Shown here: piece by piece, positions 51,028 to 59,662 of the stretch
Position numbering within the stretch: position 1 is the stretch's first letter
How the letters are laid out: every line of letters starts with the position of its first letter
Assembly (NCBI GenBank): GCA_040879725.1
Contig: JBBDJV010000008.1
Span: 17,856-81,855, forward strand
Origin: Minisyncoccota bacterium
GTDB lineage: Bacteria; Patescibacteriota; Minisyncoccia; Phycocordibacterales; GCA-2401445
Direction of reading: 5' to 3'
DNA length: 64,000 nt
Translations under genes and position numbers: made by a program
Notes under the pieces: generated by a model
What the model saw: only the letters and a program-made list of their open reading frames with translations
Told to the model about the DNA's origin: nothing
Database searches by the model: none

Positions 51028-51045
51028 TTTTGTCTATTTGTTTTA

Positions 51046-51375
51046 CTAGTCTAGCTTTAGTTCATCCATAGCTTCATCAACCGTCTTTGAAGCGTGTGTC
51101 GATGGTGCGCTTGGCGCCGGTCGACTTCCTCCTTCTGGTTCATTAATTTTTAGGTTAACGCGAGCGTTGTTTTTCATACCAACTACTCGAAGAAGTGTAC
51201 GGATTGCTTTTGCAGTGTTTCCTGATCTTCCGATGATTTTTCCCATATCCTCTGGATTTACGTCCAAGGTAATAAGAACGCCCATTTCATCTACAACTCG
51301 GTTTAGTTTTACGTCGCTCGGGTTATCAACAAGTGCCTTCACTACGTAGTCTAGAAATTCAATATCTTTCTCCAT
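51046..51375 (-). CDS. khpA: KH-domain RNA-binding protein KhpA
   Basis: DMGKIIGRSGNTAKAIRTLL (GxxG loop); directly downstream of rpsP. Confidence 0.92.
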   Translation of the reverse strand: MEKDIEFLDYVVKALVDNPSDVKLNRVVDEMGVLITLDVNPEDMGKIIGRSGNTAKAIRTLLRVVGMKNNARVNLKINEPEGGSRPAPSAPSTHASKTVDEAMDELKLD

Positions 51376-51469
51376 GTTACTTTCTGTTAGGAATAATTGT
51401 CAGTCTTAGCTGACGTAAGTTAATTTTACGAGATATGACCTAGATTGGTCAATAGCAAAATAGAATAAC

Positions 51470-51919
51470 TTACGCTTTTGGTTCTTCTTCTGCTGGTGTC
51501 TCTTTTGGAGTTTCTTCAGGCTGTACTGATTCCGCAGGAGTTTCAACCGGTGCTTTTTCTTCAACAGCAGGAGCTACTGTTTCTGCTGGTGTAGCCTCTG
51601 TTGCATCTTTTGCTCCGGTTTCCTCTGGAGCTGATTCACTTTTAATAGGAGATTTCTTTGGAAGAACGTTAATTTTCTTTCCAGTAATTACTTTCTCAGA
51701 GATTAGCATGTTGTGCACTGTGTCAGATAGCTTAGCTCCATGTGCTACGTGATGCTTAATTCTATCGCTCTTAAATTCAGTCAAACCAGTTTTCGCATGA
51801 TGAAAACCAAGCACCTCAAGAACCTTTCCGCTCTTTGGGCCATTGTGAGAATCGGTTAAAACGACACGGAATGCCGGTTCGTTTCTTCGTCCTACTCTTT
51901 GTAATCTTACTTTTAACAT
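51470..51919 (-). CDS. rpsP: 30S ribosomal protein S16 with acidic C-terminal extension
   Basis: MLKVRLQRVGRRNEPAFRVVLTDS...GKVLEVLG...GAKLSDTV; upstream TTGACT-N17-TATTAT promoter. Confidence 0.95.
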   Translation of the reverse strand: MLKVRLQRVGRRNEPAFRVVLTDSHNGPKSGKVLEVLGFHHAKTGLTEFKSDRIKHHVAHGAKLSDTVHNMLISEKVITGKKINVLPKKSPIKSESAPEETGAKDATEATPAETVAPAVEEKAPVETPAESVQPEETPKETPAEEEPKA

Positions 51920-52029
51920 GTGCGCAATAATAACAAAAGCTAGTATATCAGTCAATACCAATACTATGCTCATCAAAGAGCACTACCTTTCTACATATGG
52001 TGATTATACCACACTACTGAGAGCTCTCA

Positions 52030-52079
52030 ACAGAGCCATTTAAATGCGCACGCCGGCGTGCGCATTTAAATGGCTCTGT
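52030..52079. repeat. Perfect loop-less 50-bp palindrome, preceded directly by a 12-bp palindrome at 52018-52029
   Basis: ACAGAGCCATTTAAATGCGCACGCC|GGCGTGCGCATTTAAATGGCTCTGT; TGAGAGCTCTCA abuts it. Confidence 0.95.
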
Positions 52080-52207
52080 ATAAGCCTTATTTTACGCTCA
52101 TTTTCGAGTCTATGTACAGAATCCAAGGTTACTCTTGTGGATCAACATAGAGACTTGCCAAGTTTTACTAATGTGTAAAATGTTGTGTTATCTGTTACAG
52201 TATGTAT

Positions 52208-54169
52208 ATGTCACACACACAAAAACGGAATCAATCCCACAAAAACACACATAAAGGTAAAACTAAAGAACGTATCACACAAACAATATCAGTCTTTGGC
52301 AAAGGAGAAGGATTGGTGGTTGTTAATGGAAAGGAATATAGAGTTTATCCAGAAGACCTAAATACTGCCCTCGATGGCGACACCGTTGCACTTGAGCTAC
52401 AGGAACGAAAGAATAACCCAAAGGCGAAAGTAGTAAAAATTGAAAAGCGAAAGCGAACTAAGTTTGTCGGGACAGTAAAAAAAGAGTCGGGTTCACTAAT
52501 CGTCTCACCTGACAGTAGACGAATGTATACTCCCCTTTTCATAGAGGATAAAAACTCAATCCCTGAGGAAGGCACTAAAGTTGCGGTACAAATAAGTGAA
52601 TGGAAAGGAGGTAAACCGTACGGAAAAATCATAACAGTATTTGGAAAGCAAAATGAACACAAGACGGAAATTTCTTCAATTCTCTTTGAGCACGATATTG
52701 ATACCAATTTTCCACCAAACGTTACAGCCGAAGGAGAAAGCTTTGAGAAAGCATGGGAATCTATTCTTATACATGAACTGGAAGTCAGAAAAGATTTAAG
52801 AACAACACCCACTATCACTATCGACCCAGTTGATGCAAAAGACTTTGACGACGCTCTTTCACTAACAACACTTCCAAACGGAAATATTGAAGTAGGTGTG
52901 CATATTGCAGACGTATCACATTTTGTACTTCCTGATTCAGCTCTCGACAAAGAAGCTTCTATTCGGGCATTTTCTGTGTACCTCGTAGACAGAACAATCC
53001 CAATGTTGCCAGAGTCTCTTTCAAATAACCTCTGTAGTCTAAAACCAAATGAAGACAGGCTTGCATTCTCTTGTCTTTTTGAGTTGGATTCTGAAAATAG
53101 AGTAGTAAATGAATGGTTTGGTAAAACAGTTATACATTCCGAGCATAGATTTTCTTACGAAGAGGCTCAAAGTTCTATTGAAAATGGCGACCAGCCATTA
53201 CATGACATGTTGACCATCTTTAATACAAGAGCCAAAAAGATGCAGGCTGAGCGTAGTAAAGAAGGCTCGATTGATTTTGGTGACTCGGAGGTTCGTTTTG
53301 AACTTGATGAAAATGGTGCAGTAGTAGACATACACAAAAAAACTCGTATGGACGCACACAGACTTGTAGAGGAGTACATGTTGCTCGCAAACAGAAGAGT
53401 TGCTCGGTTTATGGAGAAGTTTACTGAGGTAAATGACACCGGAAATATCCCCCTCTACTTCCTATATCGAATTCACGATAATCCACATGCGGAAAGAATG
53501 GAGACATTTGCCCAGTTTGTACGGGCTCTTGGTTACACATTTCCAGACGCGAGCAAAGTTTCTGCAAATGACATCACGACACTACTCCACAAGGCAAAAG
53601 ACACACCAGAGTCTGGTGTTATAAATACCGCAGCTCTAAGAACAATGAGTAAAGCAATTTACTCTACGAAGAATATCGGACACTTTGGTTTGGCATTCGA
53701 TACCTATACTCACTTTACCTCCCCTATTAGAAGATACGCCGACCTTATCGTGCACCGCCTACTTCAGCACGCGCTAGATAACACAAAACCTGAACAGTCA
53801 TTTATTAAAAAGCTTCCAAAACTGAGTGAGTATATTTGTGAGCGAGAACTGGATGTGGTTGATGCGGAACGACAGTCTATCCGCTTCAAGCAGGTTGAAT
53901 ACATGCAAAGACACGTAGGAGAAGTACGCAAAGGAATAATAAACGGTATAACAGAATGGGGTATGTACGTGGAGGACTCTGAAACAAAAACAGAAGGTCT
54001 TATTTCTATCAGAAGTATGAAGGATGATTATTATTCTTTAGATAAGAAAAGCTACGCACTCGTTGGACGTGATAATAAGCAACAGTATCAGCTCGGTGAC
54101 GAAGTTGCTTTTCTAGTAAAAGCTGTGCGTCTTGAAGAAAGACAAATTGATTTTGAGCTAAAAAAATAG
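52208..54169 (+). CDS. rnr: Ribonuclease R
   Basis: TIDPVDAKDFDDA, HIADVSHFV, LVEEYMLLAN, HFTSPIRRYADL, C-terminal S1 domain. Start 52208 or 52202. Confidence 0.93.
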   Translation: MSHTQKRNQSHKNTHKGKTKERITQTISVFGKGEGLVVVNGKEYRVYPEDLNTALDGDTVALELQERKNNPKAKVVKIEKRKRTKFVGTVKKESGSLIVSPDSRRMYTPLFIEDKNSIPEEGTKVAVQISEWKGGKPYGKIITVFGKQNEHKTEISSILFEHDIDTNFPPNVTAEGESFEKAWESILIHELEVRKDLRTTPTITIDPVDAKDFDDALSLTTLPNGNIEVGVHIADVSHFVLPDSALDKEASIRAFSVYLVDRTIPMLPESLSNNLCSLKPNEDRLAFSCLFELDSENRVVNEWFGKTVIHSEHRFSYEEAQSSIENGDQPLHDMLTIFNTRAKKMQAERSKEGSIDFGDSEVRFELDENGAVVDIHKKTRMDAHRLVEEYMLLANRRVARFMEKFTEVNDTGNIPLYFLYRIHDNPHAERMETFAQFVRALGYTFPDASKVSANDITTLLHKAKDTPESGVINTAALRTMSKAIYSTKNIGHFGLAFDTYTHFTSPIRRYADLIVHRLLQHALDNTKPEQSFIKKLPKLSEYICERELDVVDAERQSIRFKQVEYMQRHVGEVRKGIINGITEWGMYVEDSETKTEGLISIRSMKDDYYSLDKKSYALVGRDNKQQYQLGDEVAFLVKAVRLEERQIDFELKK

Positions 54170-54207
54170 CCACCCAGGTATTGGGTAGCCATTTGAGAGC
54201 AAGGTTT

Positions 54208-54624
54208 TCACGCTGACGGATAAGTAACCCGAACTCGTTTTTGCCTACTTGCTGAAATCATATCGAGAAGAAGACCGTTAAAAGCAACAATAACGGCTAA
54301 GTTTTCAATTGTGACTTCAGTGGTTTGCATTACGATTGACATGCTGTCACCTCTGAATTCACAGGCAACAACAGGATTTTTACTCCCACCCTTGAGAGCA
54401 GTGACTGATTCGTATACCGAAATCAAAACGTCATCCTTAAACTCCTTTATGCCAGACATGGGGTACTCCTTGAAAACAACAAACTTTCCATTTCCTCCAT
54501 ACTTTGGTTTGAGTAGTCCGTACCATTCTCTCGGTTCTGATTCAAGCCTGATACACTTCAGTGTTTTGGGAACATGCAGTTCATTAAAAACACCCTTCGG
54601 TGTTGGGAAACTTTTTTTAGTCAT
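54208..54624 (-). CDS. Hypothetical protein (138 aa)
   Basis: Clean ORF with an SD-like AAAGGTGGTG just upstream and TTGACA at 54682-54687; no recognisable family. Confidence 0.55.
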   Translation of the reverse strand: MTKKSFPTPKGVFNELHVPKTLKCIRLESEPREWYGLLKPKYGGNGKFVVFKEYPMSGIKEFKDDVLISVYESVTALKGGSKNPVVACEFRGDSMSIVMQTTEVTIENLAVIVAFNGLLLDMISASRQKRVRVTYPSA

Positions 54625-54691
54625 ATCGCACCACCTTTCAAGAACATTGGTTTTATTGAAGTATCTATTTTTTTACGTATATGTCAATACG

Positions 54692-56953
54692 CTACTTCGC
54701 AGTCGCCACCGCATCCTCAAAGCGTACCGAAAGAAGCTTTGAAGAACCATCGCCTGCCATTGTCACTCCATAGAGAATACCTGCCCGTGACATTGTTTCC
54801 CTATTATGGGTAATCAAAATTAACTGTGAATGACTTGAAAGGCTTTCAATCATATCACCATACTTTCTGCTGTTTGCTTCATCGAGTGCCGCGTCTGTTT
54901 CGTCAAGAATAATAAACGGCGGTGGATTTACTTGAGATATTGCAAACAAAAGAGCGATGGAAGTAAGCGCGCGCTCACCACCTGAGAGCATCATTAAACC
55001 TTTAGTTCTTTTATGTGGAAGTGATACATCGACATCAATTCCTACGTCATTTTTCTTTTCAGTTTCATTTTCTTCATCCATATCAAAAACCTCATCAATT
55101 TCACTTTTCTTCTTAACCCTTTTCTTTTGTACAACCGTGTGTATCCCCGCTCTCCCGCCACCAAACATAAGTGTAAAAAAGCTATTAAACGCATTGTTTA
55201 TTTTCTTAACACCTTCGGTAAATTCTGTTTCTATTTTTAATGCAAGCTCATTAATGAGCGTTGAAAGCGATTCAGCAGAACGCTCAAGATCCTCTATTTC
55301 TTTCGCTAGAAACGCATCTCTTTCACTTGCTTCCTTATACTCTTTCTCCACATCTTCTGAATCTCCCGCCCCAGTATCTTCAATTCGAATTTTAAGCTTC
55401 TCAAGCTCCCTTCTTCTCTCCTCTTGAGCTAAGCGGTCTTCATGTGCCACTTCTTCAGGCGAAACGTCGTACTGTTCATAATCTTTGATAGAACGTCCTA
55501 CAAGAACAGCCCCTTCCTGGCATTCTCGGTTAAACTCAGAGTATTCTTTATCTCTGATACTTTCTCTTTGCGAAAGGTTGCTTATTACAATAGCCAGTTC
55601 ATTCATTCGATTCATAAGCTCAAAGAGTGAGCGTTCAGCATCTCTGTTTTCGTGCTCATTTTTAGAAATTGCATTCTTTAGAACCTCGAGTTCTGAGAGT
55701 AAATCTTTCTCTTCTTGGTTAAGCTTTGCTAGAGCATTCTCCGCTGATGTCTTTTCATCGCTAATTTGCTGTATGCTTTCATTGAATGTCTTTTCTAAAT
55801 CATTACGATGTTCTGTCTGCTCATGCTTCTTAAAAAAGTTTCTAAGTGCTTCTTTTATTTTACTAAGAGCTGACTTTACTGCAGAAATGTCACCTTCAAG
55901 CATACCTTGGTCAACGGCAGTGTGAACAAAAAGGGAAAGCTCCCTTACCTCCTCAAACGGAACTACACCACCGCTTGATTCTATTTCCTTTAACCTGCGT
56001 TCGTGTTCTCGCTTAAGCGCCTCCACAGTACCCTCCACACGACCAATTGTTTTTAGGTGTGTTTCTTTCTGAAGTCGCAAGTCGCGAAGACCTGTTTCAA
56101 TTGAAATAAGTCTGTTTGACTCATTTGTTTCGGTCTTTTCCGAAGCAAGCTTATTTTTTATATCAGAAATCTTTTGTTGCAGTTCCTCTTTTTCTGTAAG
56201 TAACGGCGCTTTTTCAGCTTCAATTTTTTCTTTTTCAATAGTTAAATAGAGTGATTCTCGTTTTAGATACTCTGCGTACTTAGAAATCAACGTAGCGCGC
56301 ATCTCTTTAACACGTTCAATTCTCTCCATTTGCTTTTTGAGAAATTTTATATGGGGCGCTATCTCTCTGCGCAGGGACTGCACAGACTCAATATTTTCTT
56401 TTGTCTTTACGAGCTTTTTTTCGCTCTCTACTCGCTTGTATTGATATACCTTGAGTCCGAGTGCGTCTTCTATCATTTCTCGTCTTTCACGCGCATTTGT
56501 TGAAAGTATCCTGTCTGCTTCACCCTGAGAGATAATATGATGTCCTGAAGCGCCAATATTTGCATGTGCCAGTAATTCAGCTACATCCTTAAGACGAACA
56601 GATGAACCGTTGATAAAGTACTCATTTACGCCATCTCTGTGAACCACTCGCTCAAACGTCACTTCTTCATGGTCTACATTAAGAAGCCTACTCGTATTAT
56701 CAAAAATCACCTTTACGCTTGCCCTGTTTCCTTTTGGAAACAACTTTGAGCCACTCCAGATTAAATCTTCACCCCTTTTCCCTCTCATTGATTTGAGAGA
56801 TTGTTCACCCAATACAAAGCGAAAAGCTTCAGCAGTGTTTGATTTACCTGAACCATTAGGTCCGACAATAGCAGTAATAGCGCTCTTAAATTCAAGAGTT
56901 TCTTTCTTGGCAAAGGACTTGAATCCGCTCAATTCAAGAGATTTTAAATACAT
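54692..56953 (-). CDS. smc: SMC-family ATPase, short (about 753 aa), no recognisable hinge
   Basis: GFKSF, Walker A GPNGSGKSN, LGEQSLKSMRG, Q-loop IISQG, LSGGE, Walker B LDETDAALD, ITH; follows rnc. Confidence 0.88.
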   Translation of the reverse strand: MYLKSLELSGFKSFAKKETLEFKSAITAIVGPNGSGKSNTAEAFRFVLGEQSLKSMRGKRGEDLIWSGSKLFPKGNRASVKVIFDNTSRLLNVDHEEVTFERVVHRDGVNEYFINGSSVRLKDVAELLAHANIGASGHHIISQGEADRILSTNARERREMIEDALGLKVYQYKRVESEKKLVKTKENIESVQSLRREIAPHIKFLKKQMERIERVKEMRATLISKYAEYLKRESLYLTIEKEKIEAEKAPLLTEKEELQQKISDIKNKLASEKTETNESNRLISIETGLRDLRLQKETHLKTIGRVEGTVEALKREHERRLKEIESSGGVVPFEEVRELSLFVHTAVDQGMLEGDISAVKSALSKIKEALRNFFKKHEQTEHRNDLEKTFNESIQQISDEKTSAENALAKLNQEEKDLLSELEVLKNAISKNEHENRDAERSLFELMNRMNELAIVISNLSQRESIRDKEYSEFNRECQEGAVLVGRSIKDYEQYDVSPEEVAHEDRLAQEERRRELEKLKIRIEDTGAGDSEDVEKEYKEASERDAFLAKEIEDLERSAESLSTLINELALKIETEFTEGVKKINNAFNSFFTLMFGGGRAGIHTVVQKKRVKKKSEIDEVFDMDEENETEKKNDVGIDVDVSLPHKRTKGLMMLSGGERALTSIALLFAISQVNPPPFIILDETDAALDEANSRKYGDMIESLSSHSQLILITHNRETMSRAGILYGVTMAGDGSSKLLSVRFEDAVATAK

Positions 56954-56996
56954 TACAATAGTATAACACTGACTCTGCAATCAACAGAATAGTGCT

Positions 56997-57686
56997 CTAG
57001 ACCCACCCCTTGGCATTCAACCCTTCTCTTGCAGCTGTTTGTTCGGCTTCTTGTTTACTTTTCCCTTGGCCGGTAGCAATCTGTTCAGAACCTATTCGTA
57101 CTCCAACAGTAAAACACTTATCATGATCAGGACCAGACTCGCCTACAAGCACGTATGTTGGTGTTTGCCCATGAATTTCCTGAGCTTTTTCTTGGAAGAA
57201 ACTTTTAGCGTCTTGCCACAATCGCTCTTTAAGTATTCTTGGCAATTCAGGCACAACACTGTCATGGATAAACTTTTTTGCCTTTTCATACCCTTGGTCA
57301 AGATAGATAGCTCCCGTTACTGATTCATACGTATTTGCGAGAATATACTGGCGCGCACGTCCAATATCTCGCGCTTCTCCTTTCGATAGAAGAAGAAAAT
57401 TATTCATACCAAGCTTTTCTGATACTTCAGCAAGCAAAGTTGCATTTACGAGTGCAGAACGGTACGCGGTAAGAACACCTTCATTTTCTTCAGGGAACTC
57501 TCGATACAGAAAGTCGGTTATAACCAGCTCAAGCACTGCGTCACCCAAAAACTCCAAGCGCTCGTTATGAGGAACGCTAAGATTTCGATTCTCATTCAAG
57601 TATGACCTGTGAGTAAATGCCTGCTCAAGCAACTTCGGGTCATTAAATGCATACCCGAGAGACTCTTCAAAATTCTTTATATTCAT
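56997..57686 (-). CDS. rnc: Ribonuclease III
   Basis: THRSY, NERLEFLGDAVL, C-terminal dsRBD (GPDH...GKSKQEAEQ). Confidence 0.97.
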   Translation of the reverse strand: MNIKNFEESLGYAFNDPKLLEQAFTHRSYLNENRNLSVPHNERLEFLGDAVLELVITDFLYREFPEENEGVLTAYRSALVNATLLAEVSEKLGMNNFLLLSKGEARDIGRARQYILANTYESVTGAIYLDQGYEKAKKFIHDSVVPELPRILKERLWQDAKSFFQEKAQEIHGQTPTYVLVGESGPDHDKCFTVGVRIGSEQIATGQGKSKQEAEQTAAREGLNAKGWV

Positions 57687-57695
57687 AGTTGTACT

Positions 57696-57749
57696 CTATG
57701 AACGATAGATCGATGGTGAATATATTCACCCTCCATGTATCGCCCCTAG
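57696..57749 (-). promoter_or_regulatory. Long RNA duplex upstream of rnc (candidate RNase III autoregulatory site)
   Basis: CUAGGGGCGAUACAUGGAGGGUGAAU pairs with AUUCACCAUCGAUCUAUCGUUCAUAG, with four isolated 1x1 mismatches. Confidence 0.6.
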
Positions 57750-57752
57750 TAA

Positions 57753-58652
57753 TTACTTTGTTAAAATACCAACTGCTTTGGTAATTAGTGGCAGTATATC
57801 GTCATAAAAGTTTAGGTCAAGTATCTCGGTTAGCTTGAACCACCGAGCGTCATCTAGCCCCTGCTTTTCCCCAAGACTGACTGGTGCATAAGGTACTTCC
57901 GCCAAATGATACACGACCTGCTTTCTGATTTTTCCTTTTTCAGGATTTTTTGCAATGTACTCGTTTTTACCTAATTCATCCTTTAATGTTACTCCAGAAA
58001 GACCCATTTCTTCTTGGACGACTCTTGCTGTTCCTACTTCATCTGTTTCGCCTTCTTTATAGTGCCCTTTTGAAAGGGTCCAATGTCCGAAAATATCGTG
58101 TATAAGCGCGAGGTATATTTCCCCATCCTTTACCGCATATACAACAGCACCACCCAGTTTTTCAATAGGCATTTTATCGTATGGAATATCGGGAATAGTT
58201 TTCTTCTTTTTACCTATTTCATCTTTCCCTGGTTCACCTATTTCTTTATACACTGCACCGAGCACTCCGTTAACAAATTTACTACTGTTTTCTCCACCGT
58301 ATGCCTTAGACAGCTCAACGGCTTCATTTATTGCTACTTTAGCAGGTACTTCTTTTCTGTCTGCAAAAAGCAGTTCATAAAGACCGATACGAAGAATATT
58401 TCTGTCTACTATTGATATCTTTTCAATCGGCCACTCAGGCGCGGCTTTCTGGATAATTAAATCGAGATCGACTTTTTTTTGTATTATTTTATCTATAAGA
58501 GAGAGTATGAATGAATCATCGGTCAATCCTGGAGCAAATTCATCAATATTTCTGTTAACTACCTTTTCTACATCAATACTTTTGGAGCCGTTAAAATCCC
58601 ACTCGAAGAGTGTTTGTAAAACAATTGATCGTGAAAGGTGCCGATTAGCCAT
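57753..58652 (-). CDS. nusB: NusB antitermination factor fused to a C-terminal Nudix-fold domain
   Basis: NRHLSRSIVLQTLFEWDF, DRNILRIG, VAINEAVELSK, FVNGVLG; then WTLSKGHYKEGE...ARVVQEEMGL. Confidence 0.9.
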   Translation of the reverse strand: MANRHLSRSIVLQTLFEWDFNGSKSIDVEKVVNRNIDEFAPGLTDDSFILSLIDKIIQKKVDLDLIIQKAAPEWPIEKISIVDRNILRIGLYELLFADRKEVPAKVAINEAVELSKAYGGENSSKFVNGVLGAVYKEIGEPGKDEIGKKKKTIPDIPYDKMPIEKLGGAVVYAVKDGEIYLALIHDIFGHWTLSKGHYKEGETDEVGTARVVQEEMGLSGVTLKDELGKNEYIAKNPEKGKIRKQVVYHLAEVPYAPVSLGEKQGLDDARWFKLTEILDLNFYDDILPLITKAVGILTK

Positions 58653-58690
58653 ACAAGCAAACTATTTTAGTATAGTAGTAATTGTATAGT

Positions 58691-58729
58691 AAAACCGCGA
58701 GGTTGTCCTCTGGATAACTCTCGCGGTTT
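58691..58729 (-). terminator. Long hairpin/terminator after rpmF
   Basis: Minus strand AAACCGCGAGAGTTATCC-AGA-GGACAACCTCGCGGTTTT. Confidence 0.7.
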
Positions 58730-58742
58730 ACGTTATGCATTT

Positions 58743-59015
58743 TTATTTGTTTGCAGGAAGTGCTTTTGTTTCTCCCTCAGACTCATGTGTATGAGCTGGG
58801 TTTGCTTCCGCGTGTTGCTTCTGTCTTTCGAGCTGTTTATTAATCTTCTTCTCTACATCAATAACTTTTTTGCCACGGTACATACCTGTAGTTGCACTTG
58901 CTCGGTGACGCTGATGTGGTACGCCATTATCAAGTGACACACGAACACCGGAAAGCGCATGATGGCTTCGTCGGTTCGCGGTATGTGAACGTGTATGTCG
59001 CATTCGTACTGTCAT
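58743..59015 (-). CDS. rpmF: 50S ribosomal protein L32 (Cys-free variant)
   Basis: RHTRSHTANRRSHHAL...HQRHRA...GMYRGKKVI; upstream of nusB-rnc. Confidence 0.88.
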   Translation of the reverse strand: MTVRMRHTRSHTANRRSHHALSGVRVSLDNGVPHQRHRASATTGMYRGKKVIDVEKKINKQLERQKQHAEANPAHTHESEGETKALPANK

Positions 59016-59036
59016 AGTAGAGGTAGCATACCGTAT

Positions 59037-59642
59037 TTACTCTTTTTTGGCAAGAGAGCGCAAAAAGGACTTTCTATGCTCAGGAATAAGCCCAACACGC
59101 TTTAGTGCAGTAATGTGTTTTTTAGTTCCATACCCAACATTTGTATCAAAACCGTAGTGTGGGTACTTTTTAGCAATGTTACGCATGTATGCGTCTCTAT
59201 GCTCTTTTGCAACGATTGAGGCAAGTGCAATCTCAACAAACTTTTCATCCCCTTTTATATACTGAGTTTGTGCATATTCAATCGGAGCTTTTATTCCCTT
59301 ATCAAGTTTTACAAATATTTTTTCCGAAGCTGGACATATTCTATTTAGCCCACTTTTTACCGCTTCTTGAATACACCAAGAAATTCCCTTGCTATCGACC
59401 ATAGAGGCGCTTTTGGAAACAACAACATAGGAGAGGTATCCCTTTTCTCTCCACTCGTTTATTTTTTCAAGCCAGAGAGCACGCTGTTTAGGGCTCAATT
59501 TTTTAGAGTCTTTTAGACCATGCAGTTTACCAATGGGTAGCTTTCTATAGAGAACCACAATACCCACAGTAACAGGGCCTGCAAGTGGCCCTCTGCCTAC
59601 TTCATCGACTCCTATACAGGGAAATGATTGCGTATGCTTCAT
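59037..59642 (-). CDS. rnhB: Ribonuclease HII
   Basis: GVDEVGRGPLAGP, DSKKL, KGD..IALASIVAK..RD, GYGT..H, HRKSF. Confidence 0.95.
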   Translation of the reverse strand: MKHTQSFPCIGVDEVGRGPLAGPVTVGIVVLYRKLPIGKLHGLKDSKKLSPKQRALWLEKINEWREKGYLSYVVVSKSASMVDSKGISWCIQEAVKSGLNRICPASEKIFVKLDKGIKAPIEYAQTQYIKGDEKFVEIALASIVAKEHRDAYMRNIAKKYPHYGFDTNVGYGTKKHITALKRVGLIPEHRKSFLRSLAKKE

Positions 59643-59662
59643 TTGTAGTATAATAGCACCTG

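Noticed and set aside
54692-56953. Short SMC as RecN, SbcC/Rad50 or a Wadjet JetC
   Set aside because: The head motifs (GFKSF, LGEQS.KSMRG, LDE.DAALD) and the rnc-smc context are those of true Smc. There is no CxxC hook and no sbcD or jetABD neighbours.
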